Positions 11,901 to 24,710 of a DNA stretch of 64,000 bases are shown one piece after another; position 1 is the first letter of the stretch; the number at the start of each line of letters is the position of its first letter. Under the pieces are notes generated by a model. That model saw nothing but the letters and a program-made list of their open reading frames with translations, searched no databases and was not told the DNA's origin. Source of the stretch: Nemertoderma westbladi (lineage: Eukaryota > Animalia > Xenacoelomorpha); contig JAUCBJ010005560.1 of assembly GCA_032718475.1 (NCBI GenBank), positions 2,861-66,860 of the forward strand. The letters run 5' to 3'. A program made the translations under genes and the position numbers.

Positions 11901-14680
11901 ACAAACAACCGATGAGGTTAGAGTCCAAAACAGTGAAATAAAGTACAATGTAAACAAACAACTGATGAGGTTAGAGTCCAAAACAGTGAAATAAAGTTCA
12001 ATGCAAACAAACAACTGATGAGGTTAGAGTCCAAAACAGTGAAATAAAGTTCAATGCAAACAAACAACTGATGAGGTTAGAGTCCAAAACAGTGAAATAA
12101 AGTTCAATGCAAACAAACAACTGATGAGGTTAGAGTCCAAAACAGTGAAATAAAGTTCAATGCAAACAAACAACTGATGAGGTTAGAGTCCAAAACAGTG
12201 AAATAAAGTTCAATGCAAACAAACAACCGATGAGGTTAGAGTCCAAAACAGTGAAATAAAGTTAAATGTAAACAAACAACCGATGAGGTTAGAGTCCAAA
12301 ACAGTGAAATAAAGTTCAATGGAAACAAACAACCGATGAGGTTAGAGTCCAAAACAGTGAAATAAAGTTCAATGCAAACAAACAACCGATGAGGTTAGAG
12401 TCCAAAACAGTGAAATAAAGTACAATGTAAACAAACAACTGATGAGGTTAGAGTCCAAAACAGTGAAATAAAGTTCAATGCAAACAAACAACTGATGAGG
12501 TTAGAGTCCAAAACAGTGAAATAAAGTTCAATGCAAACAAACAACTGATGAGGTTAGAGTCCAAAACAGTGAAATAAAGTTCAATGCAAACAAACAACTG
12601 ATGAGGTTAGAGTCCAAAACAGTGAAATAAAGTTCAATGCAAACAAACAACCGATGAGGTTAGAGTCCAAAACAGTGAAATAAAGTTAAATGTAAACAAA
12701 CAACCGATGAGGTTAGAGTCCAAAACAGTGAAATAAAGTTCAATGGAAACAAACAACCGATGAGGTTAGAGTCCAAAACAGTGAAATAAAGTTCAATGCA
12801 AACAAACAACCGATGAGGTTAGAGTCCAAAACAGTGAAATAAAGTTCAATGCAAACAAACAACCGATGAGGTTAGAGTCCAAAACAGTGAAATAAAGTAC
12901 AATGTAAACAAACAACTGATGAGGTTAGAGTCCAAAACAGTGAAATAAAGTTCAATGCAAACAAACAACTGATGAGGTTAGAGTCCAAAACAGTGAAATA
13001 AAGTTCAATGCAAACAAACAACTGATGAGGTTAGAGTCCAAAACAGTGAAATAAAGTTCAATGCAAACAAACAACTGATGAGGTTAGAGTCCAAAACAGT
13101 GAAATAAAGTTCAATGCAAACAAACAACCGATGAGGTTAGAGTCCAAAACAGTGAAATAAAGTTAAATGTAAACAAACAACCGATGAGGTTAGAGTCCAA
13201 AACAGTGAAATAAAGTTCAATGGAAACAAACAACCGATGAGGTTAGAGTCCAAAACAGTGAAATAAAGTTCAATGCAAACAAACAACCGATGAGGTTAGA
13301 GTCCAAAACAGTGAAATAAAGTACAATGTAAACAAACAACCGATGAGGTTAGAGTCCAAAACAGTGAAATAAAGTTAAATGTAAACAAACAACCGATGAG
13401 GTTAGAGTCCAAAACAGTGAAATAAAGTTCAATGGAAACAAACAACCGATGAGGTTAGAGTCCAAAACAGTGAAATAAAGTACAATGTAAACAAACAACC
13501 GATGAGGTTAGAGTCCAAAACAGTGAAATAAAGTTAAATGTAAACAAACAACTGATGAGGTTAGAGTCCAAAACAGTGAAATAAAGTTCAATGCAAACAA
13601 ACAACTGATGAGGTTAGAGTCCAAAACAGTGAAATAAAGTTCAATGCAAACAAACAACCGATGAGGTTAGAGTCCAAAACAGTGAAATAAAGTACAATGT
13701 AAACAAACAACCGATGAGGTTAGAGTCCAAAACAGTGAAATAAAGTTAAATGTAAACAAACAACTGATGAGGTTAGAGTCCAAAACAGTGAAATAAAGTT
13801 CAATGCAAACAAACAACCGATGAGGTTAGAGTCCAAAACAGTGAAATAAAGTACAATGTAAACAAACAACCGATGAGGTTAGAGTCCAAAACAGTGAAAT
13901 AAAGTTAAATGTAAACAAACAACCGATGAGGTTAGAGTCCAAAACAGTGAAATAAAGTTCAATAGAAACAAACAACCGATGAGGTTAGAGTCCAAAACAG
14001 TGAAATAAAGTTCAATGCAAACAAACAACCGATGAGGTTAGTGTCCAAAACAGTGAAATAAAGTACAATGTAAACAAACAACCGATGAGGTTAGAGTCCA
14101 AAACAGTGAAATAAAGTTCAATGTAAACAAACAACCGATGAGGTTAGAGTCCAAAACAGTGAAATAAAGTACAATGTAAACAAACAACCGATGAGGTTAG
14201 AGTCCAAAACAGTGAAATAAAGTTCAATGTAAACAAACAACCGATGAGGTTAGAGTCCAAAACAGTGAAATAAAGTACAATGTAAACAAACAACCGATGA
14301 GGTTAGAGTCCAAAACAGTGAAATAAAGTACAATGTAAACAAACAACCGATAAGGTTAGAGTCCAAAACAGTGAAATAAAGTTCAATGTAAACAAACAAC
14401 CGATGAGGTTAGAGTCCAAAACAGTGAAATAAAGTACAATGTAAACAAACAACCGATGAGGTTAGAGTCCAAAACAGTGAAATAAAGTACAATGTAAACA
14501 AACAACCGATGAGGTTAGAGTCCAAAACAGTGAAATAAAGTTCAATGTAAACAAACAACCGATGAGGTTAGAGTCCAAAACAGTGAAATAAAGTACAATG
14601 TAAACCAACAACCGATGAGGTTAGAGTCCAAAACAGTGAAATAAAGTACAATGTAAACAAACAACCGATGAGGTTAGAGT
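5895..14680 (+). repeat. 53-bp tandem satellite, about 166 copies, with higher-order structure
   Basis: Unit aataaagttcaatgcaaacaaacaaccgatgaggttagagtccaaaacagtga; period measured from gatgag at 5922 and 5975. Confidence 0.98.
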
Positions 14681-15607
14681 AGTAATAAGGCATCAGAATG
14701 CGCAGTGGAGCGTTGGACTAGGAATTTCCGGTTAATTTTTTTGTGAGTAAGATTGATAGTAAACCATTCAAGGAGACAATTTATGCGTTAGTAGACGCGG
14801 ACCTTTGTGCGATTTGTGCTTGTTAATTTATCATTCTGACATACTACTATTAATTAAATATAATTGAACTGCAAAACCCAATGTTTTAATAAATTGATGA
14901 CACTGAACCAACCGTCAACCTACTATACGACAATCACTCCAACTGTTGTGTTGCTGCCACGAAGGACGACTGCACCCCATTTTCTACCCCTACTATCTTT
15001 AAAAATTTTGGAATACTCAAACGCTATGCTTAACATTATTTTCATATTTTCTGTATTTCTGAAAAATTGTTGAAGCAGGTTAGTTCTCATCGCTTTTAGA
15101 TTGTTAAATACTATTATCAAAGCTTGGAAGTTGTTTAAAACTGTTGCCATAATGCCTTGTGTTTTCGGTTTTCGAGATTATCATACCGCTTACGCTTAAC
15201 ATTAGTTTATTTATTCAAAATAATAATTAACAATTAGTACGAATAATGTCAAGTTTATTAACAGTTACTGTGAGTTTAATGTTCATTATCATGTGGTGGG
15301 TGGGGCGAGCCACGTAAGCCCAGGTGAGCCTTGTCTTAGCGCAGGGGTTATAATTAGTGGACCCGTCTCTCATCGTCGTTGTCGAAAATGTTTGAACGCT
15401 AATAAGTTTGTTAATCGTTGATTAAATGGAACCAAACTTGGTACACAGTCATGTAGTTTATAAAAAGTTTATGAATTATACAAACAGACAGACTTCTATA
15501 TAGTTCATTTGTTGACATCTAGGGTGCGAATGACTAAGTCCTCTAATTGTACCACCTAGGCAACGCTCACCTTGACTTAATTGTGCGCGAAGGCCCCACG
15601 AACGTGT

Positions 15608-16273
15608 TCATTCATGAATACAACTAGAAGTCTTATCCATTCTGGTTACATTAAACAGATTCACGGGTTTCTGACCAGCAATTCCATTGTCCTCGCCCCA
15701 ACCTTGCTTCAGACTCCTAATGGAAATATCCTCTGGGTCCTTCCCATTGGATATCTCCACCATAAAGCTGATATATATAATAGCCAATCGCAACGTTTCT
15801 ATCCGACTCAAGCGCTTCTCGTAGGTTAGTATGGGAACTTTCTTACGGAGTTCGTCGAACGCCTCGTTCAGACTGTACATTCTCCGCCGTTCTCGAATGT
15901 TGGCGGCTCTTCGTTGCGCGAACGTTGTCACTCGTTTTCGACCTTTGGGGAGTCTCATTGCCGCGGTCCCGACTACCGCGTTCGGGACACCTTGGTGTCG
16001 CATCCCGTCTCGCTCGACCAATGAGGGACCCCCGTACATAAGAGGCGCGGTTCGGATCATGTTGTAAGAACCGGCGCGATGTCGTGATTGGTTGCCGGGT
16101 GTTAACCACTTGCGGTCGATTGGTAGATGATAGTCGCCTACCATTGGTTGGTATTGGTAGCCATGGTGAAACGGTTGACCACGGGGGACGGTCATATATT
16201 CTCGATTGCGGTCGGATGAATTAGATGGATATAACGGATAATTTAAATTGCCTCCATAACCATGGCCATGCAT
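15608..16273 (-). CDS. FERD3L: bHLH transcription factor of the Fer3/Nato3 (PTF1-related) family; nested in host intron 4
   Basis: [36 protein letters not shown]...[21 protein letters not shown] closely matches the Fer3/FERD3L bHLH domain. Confidence 0.88.
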   Translation of the reverse strand: MHGHGYGGNLNYPLYPSNSSDRNREYMTVPRGQPFHHGYQYQPMVGDYHLPIDRKWLTPGNQSRHRAGSYNMIRTAPLMYGGPSLVERDGMRHQGVPNAVVGTAAMRLPKGRKRVTTFAQRRAANIRERRRMYSLNEAFDELRKKVPILTYEKRLSRIETLRLAIIYISFMVEISNGKDPEDISIRSLKQGWGEDNGIAGQKPVNLFNVTRMDKTSSCIHE

Positions 16274-17319
16274 ATTAATTCTAACTACTTTACGTATTTG
16301 TGAATGAAAATTAAAAAAAAAACTAAAAATTTAAATAGCAGCAATGCTTTTTATGTCTTAGTTGTATTCTTATAATAATATTTTGGTAACATTCAACAAA
16401 ATATTTTGTTTATCGCGGAGGTAAAGTGATTGTTTTACGAAGTTCGAGACATTAAAATACTTGAGAGACTTCCCGACGCTAAGCGATTCGTTTACGTAGG
16501 AAGTAATTAGCGGTCGTTAAATCCCTTCCTGTTGATAGCGTTGTGTTCGTTAATAAATACCACTGCTGTTACCGATAAGGTCTGGCGGTATTATTACTCC
16601 TTCTATCATGCCGCTTCCATCGCTACAAATTATTTTAATGGTAACACGTGCGAGAAATCTGAGAGGCTAACGCTTTTATCCAATAGTATTTACCGAGAGA
16701 GCTATCTTATCTGCCACTTTAATTCATTGTTGACTAACTTTCCGCCTGGGAGGAGGCCAATTGTTAATGTTAAGAGAGGCCTGAACTTTACACTCCCCGT
16801 TCCCTACAGAGGGCCCCTTTGATGCACACATTGTGAAACAGATACATGTATTTATTGCTCAGTGGACGAGACTGGCCATCTTCCAATGCAAAGCTGAATG
16901 AAGGAAGAGTCGATTAAACATGGAAATAATAATATGCTTCTTATGATGCGAGTTTGTTCCATTTGAGTTATTTAAATACCCCCCCCCCCCCCCCCCCCCC
17001 ACAACTCCTGAGATTTATTAGGTTTCTTTACTTAAATTTTCAACCAAATTGAACTAATAATTTAATTTTCTAACAATCATAGCATCCCATCTGCCTGTCT
17101 ATATTAGTATCATTAATTATTAAAATTCTTAACTTATGTTTGTATTACTTTCTCTAAGGCAATCTTCGTGTTTATTAGCTCAGCGTAGCAGCATTTCTGG
17201 CAGTGTATTTATTGGTGAACTATTAATAATGGAACAACAACAATTATAATCTAAAATATTCCCCTTAATATTAATTAACTTACCTTTATATTTCCGAATT
17301 TATATTGTCATTACCGCAG

Positions 17320-17478
17320 ATATCGCAGTTACAAACCAGTTTGGCATCGTGGAAAGGCGGCGATAGCGACTATGTGGAGATGTTGAAATGTGAGATTAAA
17401 AAGAGAGACGATCAAGTTCAAAAGTATAAATGGGATATGATATCGGCACAGGATAAGAGAGACCAAGCACTGGCTGAG
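17320..17478 (+). CDS. Host exon 5 (159 nt): ISQLQTSLAS...DQALAE
   Basis: ttaccgcag| acceptor (an in-frame alternative AG lies 9 nt downstream), GAG|gtaagt donor. Confidence 0.85.
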
Positions 17479-18087
17479 GTAAGTAAGACTTAATATTTAC
17501 ATACCGACAACCTGCTTTTCATATTGACTGTAAAGAAAATCCCATTTCCATCACAACACGGAGATCAGTAAATCAAATATTATTTAAGTGGCCCAAAATT
17601 ACCATTACTAAATTATTATAAATATCGGTATTTACTAATATTATTATTTGGTTATGTTCCATTTGTAAGCATGCTAAGACCAATGTTATAGAAAAATGTA
17701 CTTTCCTGTTATGCAATAGGAAATTAAAATATCTCAGGTGAATTAATAATTGTACGGTTTAGACTTAGATCCAAAGCAACACATAAATAACAATGCGATT
17801 TAAAACCCTTCAACTGGTGAATAACCCTAAAATCCTATCAAATATTCGTTTTGTTTCGTTTTTTATCAATCTTTGAAATTTTCGTTTCATACATTTTAAA
17901 TTAGTTTTTCTTTTCGTTTCGTTTTCTGCTAGAAATTTTGATTTTATAAAATAAAAGTTTTAAGTAGAACAGCCCCCCCCCCCCCCCCCCCACCATACTA
18001 ACACCCCAAGGAGGAATAGCAATAAAATAGTCTCTCTACTAAGTTTAGACGATGTGTGTCTTACATGTGTTTTCACGATGTCAACTA

Positions 18088-18321
18088 GCAAAAAGCAAGC
18101 AAACAGTCGGCCGAAGCCGGAGGCGACCCGAAGGCTCCTCTTTCGATAGTTGCTACCCGAGGGTAGGGGTGGGCGCTACTCCTATCCCAAGATTTGCTCC
18201 CAGTTATTTAACTGGTGCTCATTTTATCGACCCCAGTGGATGAAAGGCTGAGTGGACCCTGGCGGGGCTGAACCTACAACCAATAGATTGCAGGCCCGGC
18301 GCTCAACCAACTGAGCTACCC
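18088..18321 (-). mobile_element. tRNA-derived SINE with Nin/Deu-type core, 10-bp TSD
   Basis: Minus strand has A-box tagctcagttgg, degenerate B-box ggttcagccc and core ctcagcctttcatcc...ggggtcgataaaatgagcacc. TSD atgtcaacta at 18078-18087 and 18322-18331. Confidence 0.85.
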
Positions 18322-18938
18322 ATGTCAACTACTCCCTTACAAAGAACAACCAAACGGGAACAGACTTTGTGAGAACTCATCTGAGTTTATACAAGTCAGA
18401 CACATTAAAAAAATACCAAATACAAAATAATAAGGTCATGGGAGCCTGCCATAGTTCATGAGTTTTTACCAGTTTAGGACCTAATATCTGAGAAATGATG
18501 CTACCTTGTTGTTTATTTGGATCTCCCGTTCTTGTTTCATACAATGCAAGTCCTGAAAGAAACCAGAACCACCAACGATATATTAGTACAAAAATGGAAC
18601 TATTCTGTTTATCAGTTAAGTCTTGTTTCGGTCGCAAAGCCTCAGTTTATGGAATAGTTATCCATGGATGGCGTTACAATTTATCAAGCAGAAGATTTTG
18701 GCCTTTTACAAAAGTAAATTTAGCATTTCTCAAAGGAAATAATTTGATAAATTATTATTAAAAGTCATACCTGAAATGTTGTACTACTGTATGGCATACT
18801 ACGTTGCTGTAAACCCAATATATGTGGCTGTGTCAACCGCTCTTCTTTAATTCATATAAGCGAATATCATATTCCCGGCAACAAATAGTTTGGTCATAAA
18901 CATAAAAATATCATCACAATAAAATAGTAATTATATTA

Positions 18939-19724
18939 TTACCGGTATTTGACTCTTTGTTTACTACTCCCACAAGGCTCAGTTTCATATTCCATTTCCA
19001 AATGTCTCCTTTTGGAAGGTTTATTAACAGTCTTGGAAACCTCTTCAATCTCCTCATCCGATTCCTCAAAGTCCTCCACATACTCCACCACACCATCTTC
19101 TTCCTCTTCCACTTCCTCTTCAGCTTCGCTCTCAGACTCATCCTCAACTTCTTCGTCGATAACTTTATCGAAAGTTTTTTCAGGGAAATTATATATATCA
19201 CCATAAGTTCCCTTCTTCAATCTCTCGAGTAACTCTTTCTCTATGGACGTCTCGAGTCTAGCCGCCATTAAGGCCTTATCTTCCCTGCGGCGCTCTCGTC
19301 TCTCCAACTTCTTGGCTACCGGCACCAACGTCCTCCTAGACTTTAACGTTAGCTTCCGCATCCGTATCAGGTACTGGTAGATCTTGGTGTAGCGTTGCTT
19401 ACATTTATGAATAACGAAACGAGGCCAGTAGATGAGCTGCGTGTCTATCTGGAGTAAAGCCTGCTCGTAGTTTTTGGATAATTTCACTTTTTCCCACAGT
19501 TGTTTAGGAAACGCGGCTCTCTCGATGGACTTTTGGTACAAGTAGCAGACTCCCTTCTCTTCCCGCACCGTCGCGTATTGACTGTTGGAGAGCGGGCAGG
19601 AACTCCGGTTGCATAAACCCGTGAGATTGTAAGGATTTCTACAAAATGTCTCCGTTTTCGTTTTGGCCATGTAGGAGCAGTGGGTCGACTTGAGAATACT
19701 CCATATCACGTCGTCGTGCTGCAT
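18939..19724 (-). CDS. MAK16: Protein MAK16 (60S ribosome biogenesis), intronless CDS; nested in host intron 5
   Basis: MQHDDVIWS..., [49 protein letters not shown], acidic tail, LEMEYE. Confidence 0.97.
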   Translation of the reverse strand: MQHDDVIWSILKSTHCSYMAKTKTETFCRNPYNLTGLCNRSSCPLSNSQYATVREEKGVCYLYQKSIERAAFPKQLWEKVKLSKNYEQALLQIDTQLIYWPRFVIHKCKQRYTKIYQYLIRMRKLTLKSRRTLVPVAKKLERRERRREDKALMAARLETSIEKELLERLKKGTYGDIYNFPEKTFDKVIDEEVEDESESEAEEEVEEEEDGVVEYVEDFEESDEEIEEVSKTVNKPSKRRHLEMEYETEPCGSSKQRVKYR

Positions 19725-20013
19725 GGTTAGATATGTGGTGTAGCGTGGAGATAGATCGCCTGTCTAACAATCTGTCACACTGACTAAGTTATAGGAATTC
19801 AGGGGAAATGGAAATTGTACCGGTAGATAGGATGTAGGAGTACGATACCGGTACGGTGCGGTAGGCCTAGTGCTGTAGTGCTGTTTATGTGTAGTTACTA
19901 CAACAGTCTGAGAGTGCTGGACAGAATGATGATACCCGAAGCGTGTTATGTGCTTTGCTTGATATTGCAGGGTCGTTCTCACAAAAAGTGGCCAAACTTT
20001 GATGTCAAAATTA

Positions 20014-20614
20014 CGGTGGCTCATAACTGTCACAGTATATAAAAAGGAACGGCAGAAATTAAAAAGCCACGGCAGAAATTAAAGAAGCTACGGCAGAAAT
20101 TAAAAAGCCACGGCAGAAATTAAAAAGCCACGGCAGAAATTAAAAAGCCACGGCAGAAATTAAAAAGCCACGGCAGAAATTAAAAAGCCACGGCAGAAAT
20201 TAAAAAGTAACTGCTATTGCTAGATTATATGAGTATGAGTGCCGACTGCAAGCTATTGCTATCGGCCAGTAAAAAAATAGGTAAAAAAAATAATAAAAAA
20301 AATAGGTAAAAAAAAGTAGAAAAAATAGGTGAAATGTAAAGGTAAGGTAAAAATAGGTAGGAAAAAATATTTGCTATAATGTATTGTAATAATCATGGCT
20401 TTTTAATTTCTGCCGTGGCTTTTTAATTTCTGCCGTAGCTTCTTTAATTTCTGCCGTGGCTTTTCAATTTCTGCCGTGGCTTTTTAATTTCTGCCGTAGC
20501 TTCTTTAATTTCTGCCGTGGCTTTTTAATTTCTGCCGTGGCTTTTTAATTTCTGCCGTAGCTTCTTTAATTTCTGCCGTTCCTTTTTATATCCTGTGACA
20601 GTTATGGGCCACCG
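20014..20614. mobile_element. TA-flanked foldback MITE with 20/21-bp subterminal repeats
   Basis: TA|cggtggctcataactgtcac ... gtgacagttatgggccaccg|TA. The arms carry (cacggcagaaattaaaaagc)n and its reverse complement. Confidence 0.88.
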
Positions 20615-21340
20615 TACAAAATGGCCATGCATTCGCACGTTTATATTTCCAAACGACACAGATTTAACCCCATGAACCTATATACCAATCGGAAGAGCGG
20701 AAATCTGCTCATATTTCAGCAAATTTTCAACAGATTCCATTCACAACCTAGAAAATGACACCATTTCAAATATCGATAATGCATGTTTTTTGAAATGTCA
20801 CATTGAATTATTTTGAAATATTTGGCTGCTGAACTAAAGCAATGAAAGCAAAGGTTCCACATACCATACATCAAAATATGCAAATTTAATGCTCTTTCAC
20901 ATACTATTGGTGGTTTTCAACCGAAGCGACTCACATTTTATATATTTATTTTGTCCACCATGTAACGCTCGTTTTCATGACATGGTTTTTTTTTATTTAT
21001 TCACAACATCTCCAAGTGAGATATTTCTAAACGGCGATTTATTTAGCTATCAGCAGGTAAACGAATTATACGAATTCGTTCATTAGAACTCGAGCATTGT
21101 GCGAAAACGTAAATCTACAAAAAATACCGTCATTAGGAATGTCCTCAATGTAACGCTACTTTGAATAGCGATAACTTTTGCCTTAGTAATCATATCGACA
21201 CCATTGGGGGCTCATATGAAAGAGCAATCGCAGATCTATCGAATCACATATATGATTTTAATATAGTTTCAAAACAGACTATGGCCAATGCATGCTAATG
21301 AAAAATGTCTTCTATGTCCATCATGGAACGCATGCAACGC

Positions 21341-21621
21341 TAAAGTAAAGTAAAAGTAAATTTTCTTCAGCTGTTAGGCGAGGGATTACGCACAAAGTCT
21401 GACGACTTATTTCCAGTGCGGTCCCCCCATAACTTTACTCCCCAGAGGAAACTCCAGTACTCATTTAGCTACCACTTAAGGATGCAAGGCAGAGATGCGC
21501 CCTGGCTGGTCCCTTTAAAGCATTCGTGCCGAAACGAAAACTGCCCTGGCCCATATGAGGATCGAACCCACGACCTACGGGAGATGTGAATTCAATGCAA
21601 CCACTACACCAAGGTGGAACC
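21341..21621 (-). mobile_element. tRNA-derived SINE monomer with Nin/Deu-type core
   Basis: Minus strand has A-box tggtgtagtgg, B-box ggttcgatcc, core tctgccttgcatcc...taaatgagtact and a (tttac)n tail. Confidence 0.85.
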
Positions 21622-21997
21622 TTGGTGCGCTGAACGCTGTCACAATCAATAGCGTTACACTTGACACATGTCCTCCATGTAACGCAGTCGGGTCTGAAAA
21701 TACCTAGTTAGTGCGAGTGGCATTTATTTTTACAAATCAGGCAGTCAGAGTCAAATTAACAATAGTCGATGGTTTCTGTGTATTTCAGTATTTAGTATAA
21801 ACTACTGTAGTAGTAATATTGTATCTGTCTGTAGTCTGTATTACCTAGTACTAACTACCTAAAGGGTTTAGGAAAAGCTCATGATTTGTTTACCTTTCTT
21901 TATTTCGGTTCTAAAACAGTACTTCTTAATCGTCATGCAATTACAATTGTCAAACGGAATTAAGCGTGTTGTGTCCGGTAAGAACTTCTCGATTGAA

Positions 21998-22420
21998 GTT
22001 AGTGATGGCGTTACACGTGAAGGACTTAGAGATTAAGTTAGTGATGGTGTTACACTTGAAGGACTTAGAGATTACGTTAGTGATGGGATGGCGTTACACG
22101 TGAAGGACTTAGAGATTAAGTTAGTGATGGCGTTACACGTGAAGGACTTAGAGATTAAGTTAGTGATGGTGTTACACTTGAAGGACTTAGAGATTACGTT
22201 AGTGATGGGATGGCGTTACACGTGAAGGACTTAGAGATTAAGTTAGTGATGGCGTTACACGTGAAGGACTTAGAGATTAAGTTAGTTATGGCGTTACACG
22301 TCAAGGACTTAGAGATTAAGTTAGTGATGGTGTTACGCGTGAAGGACTTAGAGATTAAGTTAGTGATGGCTATACACGTGAAGGACGTAGAGATTAAGTT
22401 AAGATTAGTGATGGTTTTAA
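21998..22420. repeat. 39-bp minisatellite, about 11 copies; many units contain CACGTG
   Basis: Unit aagttagtgatggcgttacacgtgaaggacttagagatt. Confidence 0.92.
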
Positions 22421-24158
22421 GGATTCCGTTAACTATTTTGTACAATTATTGTTACACTTACAATAATATGAATATTGATATTGTATGTATACAATAATAC
22501 AAACTAAATAATTTGCTGATTTGAAAAATATTATTTTTGCCATTTGGTCGATAAATCCTTAGTTTACGGTTAATAATGGGGCGTTACATGACATACAGAT
22601 ACAAGTGACTGTTGAATTTCTGGTATATATTTTAAATGTCAATTCCTGGATAATGATTGGCTAACAAGTAGCGTTACATTAGATACAACAAGTTAGATTG
22701 TGGGTGTTCTGTGAAATGAAGGCTTCTGATTGGCTAACAAGTAGCATTACACCAGGGACAAAATGTTACATTGTGGACATTAGTTTTTCACGAATAAAAC
22801 CTTACGACCATACTAAACAAACGGCCCACCAGTGTATTCGAAATCGCCCCATCGAGAGCTCTCGAAATATGTATATATTTAATAATTTATATAGTTTTGA
22901 CAAAAAAAAATTGAATTTTTTCTCTAAATCTTGGCCACTTTTTGTGAGAACAACCCTGCAGTTGTTTTACAGTAGTTAACCATTTTAGGCGCATTTTCTT
23001 TCAGCTTGTATTATTGTGGCAATTTATAAAGTAAATAATAATGATATTAAAAAATATTAACAGACTTACCGTAATGAATGAATACCGCTACACATTATAT
23101 TTTTAGTCCCTAAAACAATTGCTTTTCCCACTAAAGTAAATGACAGAATGGTGTTTTTATTCACAAAATTTTTGTCATTAATATTTCATTTGTCCCATGT
23201 AGAATGACGTAATTATGAATAGAAAAAGATGTTGAAGAAGAAACAAACGCTTTGCTATTCAAAAAAATTTGTGCCTTCAATGTCTTCTGTAGGACTACTT
23301 CTTGGAGAAATTAACTTTAATTGTTCTCCACAATTAGTCAAACACGTAACGCGACGCTACAGGTGAAACTTCATGAAGTTATCTTCATCAAAAATTTATT
23401 TTAAATTCAAATTGTTTAATGAAAACCCATGAGAAATTACATGAGATTTATAATAAAATAAAACAGCATTGGAGAAATGCGGTGTGTAACTAATGTATCC
23501 TTAACCATGACCTACTACAACAGTAGGCAGAATGCAGCCTTCATGTCGTATCTTTAGTAGGCCATGCCGTAACAAATACTAAACCTCCCGGGCTTTTTTA
23601 TTTCAATCAAATATAAACCGTTTAGCCAGAAACATAAACTGTTTACTGTGTGCGGTGAGTCAGGAGTAAGAAGGGGTGAGGTGACCCTTTACCGAAGCGG
23701 GGTGACCCTTTACCGAAGCGGTCTATGAGAGGTAATGTTGAATGAAGCCTTCGCACAACACGTGAGCGCTTCGCGAAGCACGTGAGCGAACCTGAATGCG
23801 GTTCGCGCAGCACGAGTTAACGCGTTTCATGATGCGCGAATATAAATTACACAAACAAAATTACGTCAAGAATTACTAACGTTATAATATTATTGTTTTA
23901 CGCAATATTTAGATATACATACAGTAAAAATGTTAAATTCTACAACAAACTGTATACAAACACAAACAATGGGTCACTTTAGTTTTGGTAAGTAAGCAAG
24001 ATTCACTTAGTTATTGCGTTCTCGAATTGAATAAGTTTTTATATTAATTATATACCTTTAAAAGTCCATCATCAAATCCTACATACATTGCTCGGATAAT
24101 TAATAGATAGATATAATACTGTATTGATCGAATAATGAGCTAATAACCCGCACTTCTT

Positions 24159-24710
24159 TCATGTATAGTAACCATCAGTATCTCCCTCGCCAAATGTTTC
24201 CCCTGGGTTTCTCGAGTTATTCTTTACGGAATAAATAAAGTAGGTTAGAACGTCGCGTTCGTTCACTTGTATCGTTGCGAAGTGTCGAATAACGGCATCG
24301 GCTAGCAGTTGTTTGCTGTTTCCCGGCCGAGTGTGCAACTTATAGTGCCGTTTATACCGCCGCAACGTGTTCACCTGTAGTTGATACAGATCGACATCGG
24401 GGCTCGACGATTCATCGTCGTCCGATTGGTCCTCGCGATCTTTGATTTTACCCAAACGGATGTTCCTCACTATGTTGTTGTGTAACTCACATATCCCCAG
24501 GTGGTTGGAATCGGGGTCCACCCGGATCGGGATTTTGGATTGTTCCAGGGATTTTCGCATCCGTTGGTTGCAGGAGTAGGAGCTGGAAGGTCTCCGACAT
24601 CGGGTGCCTTCCTCGAGCAGACAGCAGATAGCGGAATCCCGGTCCACTACTGGGAGGATGATACGGTTCCTTTGGGAGCCGTTCATTCGGTCGGAAGATG
24701 TGAAATCCAT
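24159..24710 (-). CDS. SAP30L: Sin3/HDAC complex subunit SAP30/SAP30L, intronless CDS; nested in host intron 5
   Basis: CCLLEEGTRC...ICELH C3H zinc finger and VDLYQLQVNTLRRYKRHYKL...YFIYSVK Sin3-binding domain. First ATG is at 24710; the ORF track starts at an upstream TTG. Confidence 0.93.
   Translation of the reverse strand: MDFTSSDRMNGSQRNRIILPVVDRDSAICCLLEEGTRCRRPSSSYSCNQRMRKSLEQSKIPIRVDPDSNHLGICELHNNIVRNIRLGKIKDREDQSDDDESSSPDVDLYQLQVNTLRRYKRHYKLHTRPGNSKQLLADAVIRHFATIQVNERDVLTYFIYSVKNNSRNPGETFGEGDTDGYYT

Larger units (their letters stand above)
19966..22960. mobile_element. Non-autonomous DNA transposon (about 3 kb) with 30-bp TIRs, carrying nested insertions
   Basis: tgcagggtcgttctcacaaaaagtggccaa ... 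ttggccactttttgtgagaacaaccctgca (1 mismatch); TSD not evident. Confidence 0.8.

Noticed and set aside
5895-14680. CRISPR-like regular repeat
   Set aside because: Head-to-tail units with no unique spacers, no cas genes, and a eukaryotic context.
18240-21621. tRNA-like sequences at about 18250-18321 and 21550-21621
   Set aside because: A and B boxes are present but there is no complete cloverleaf. They continue into a SINE core and tail, and one has a TSD.
22194-22497. Repetitive ORFs on both strands
   Set aside because: Translation of the 39-bp minisatellite.
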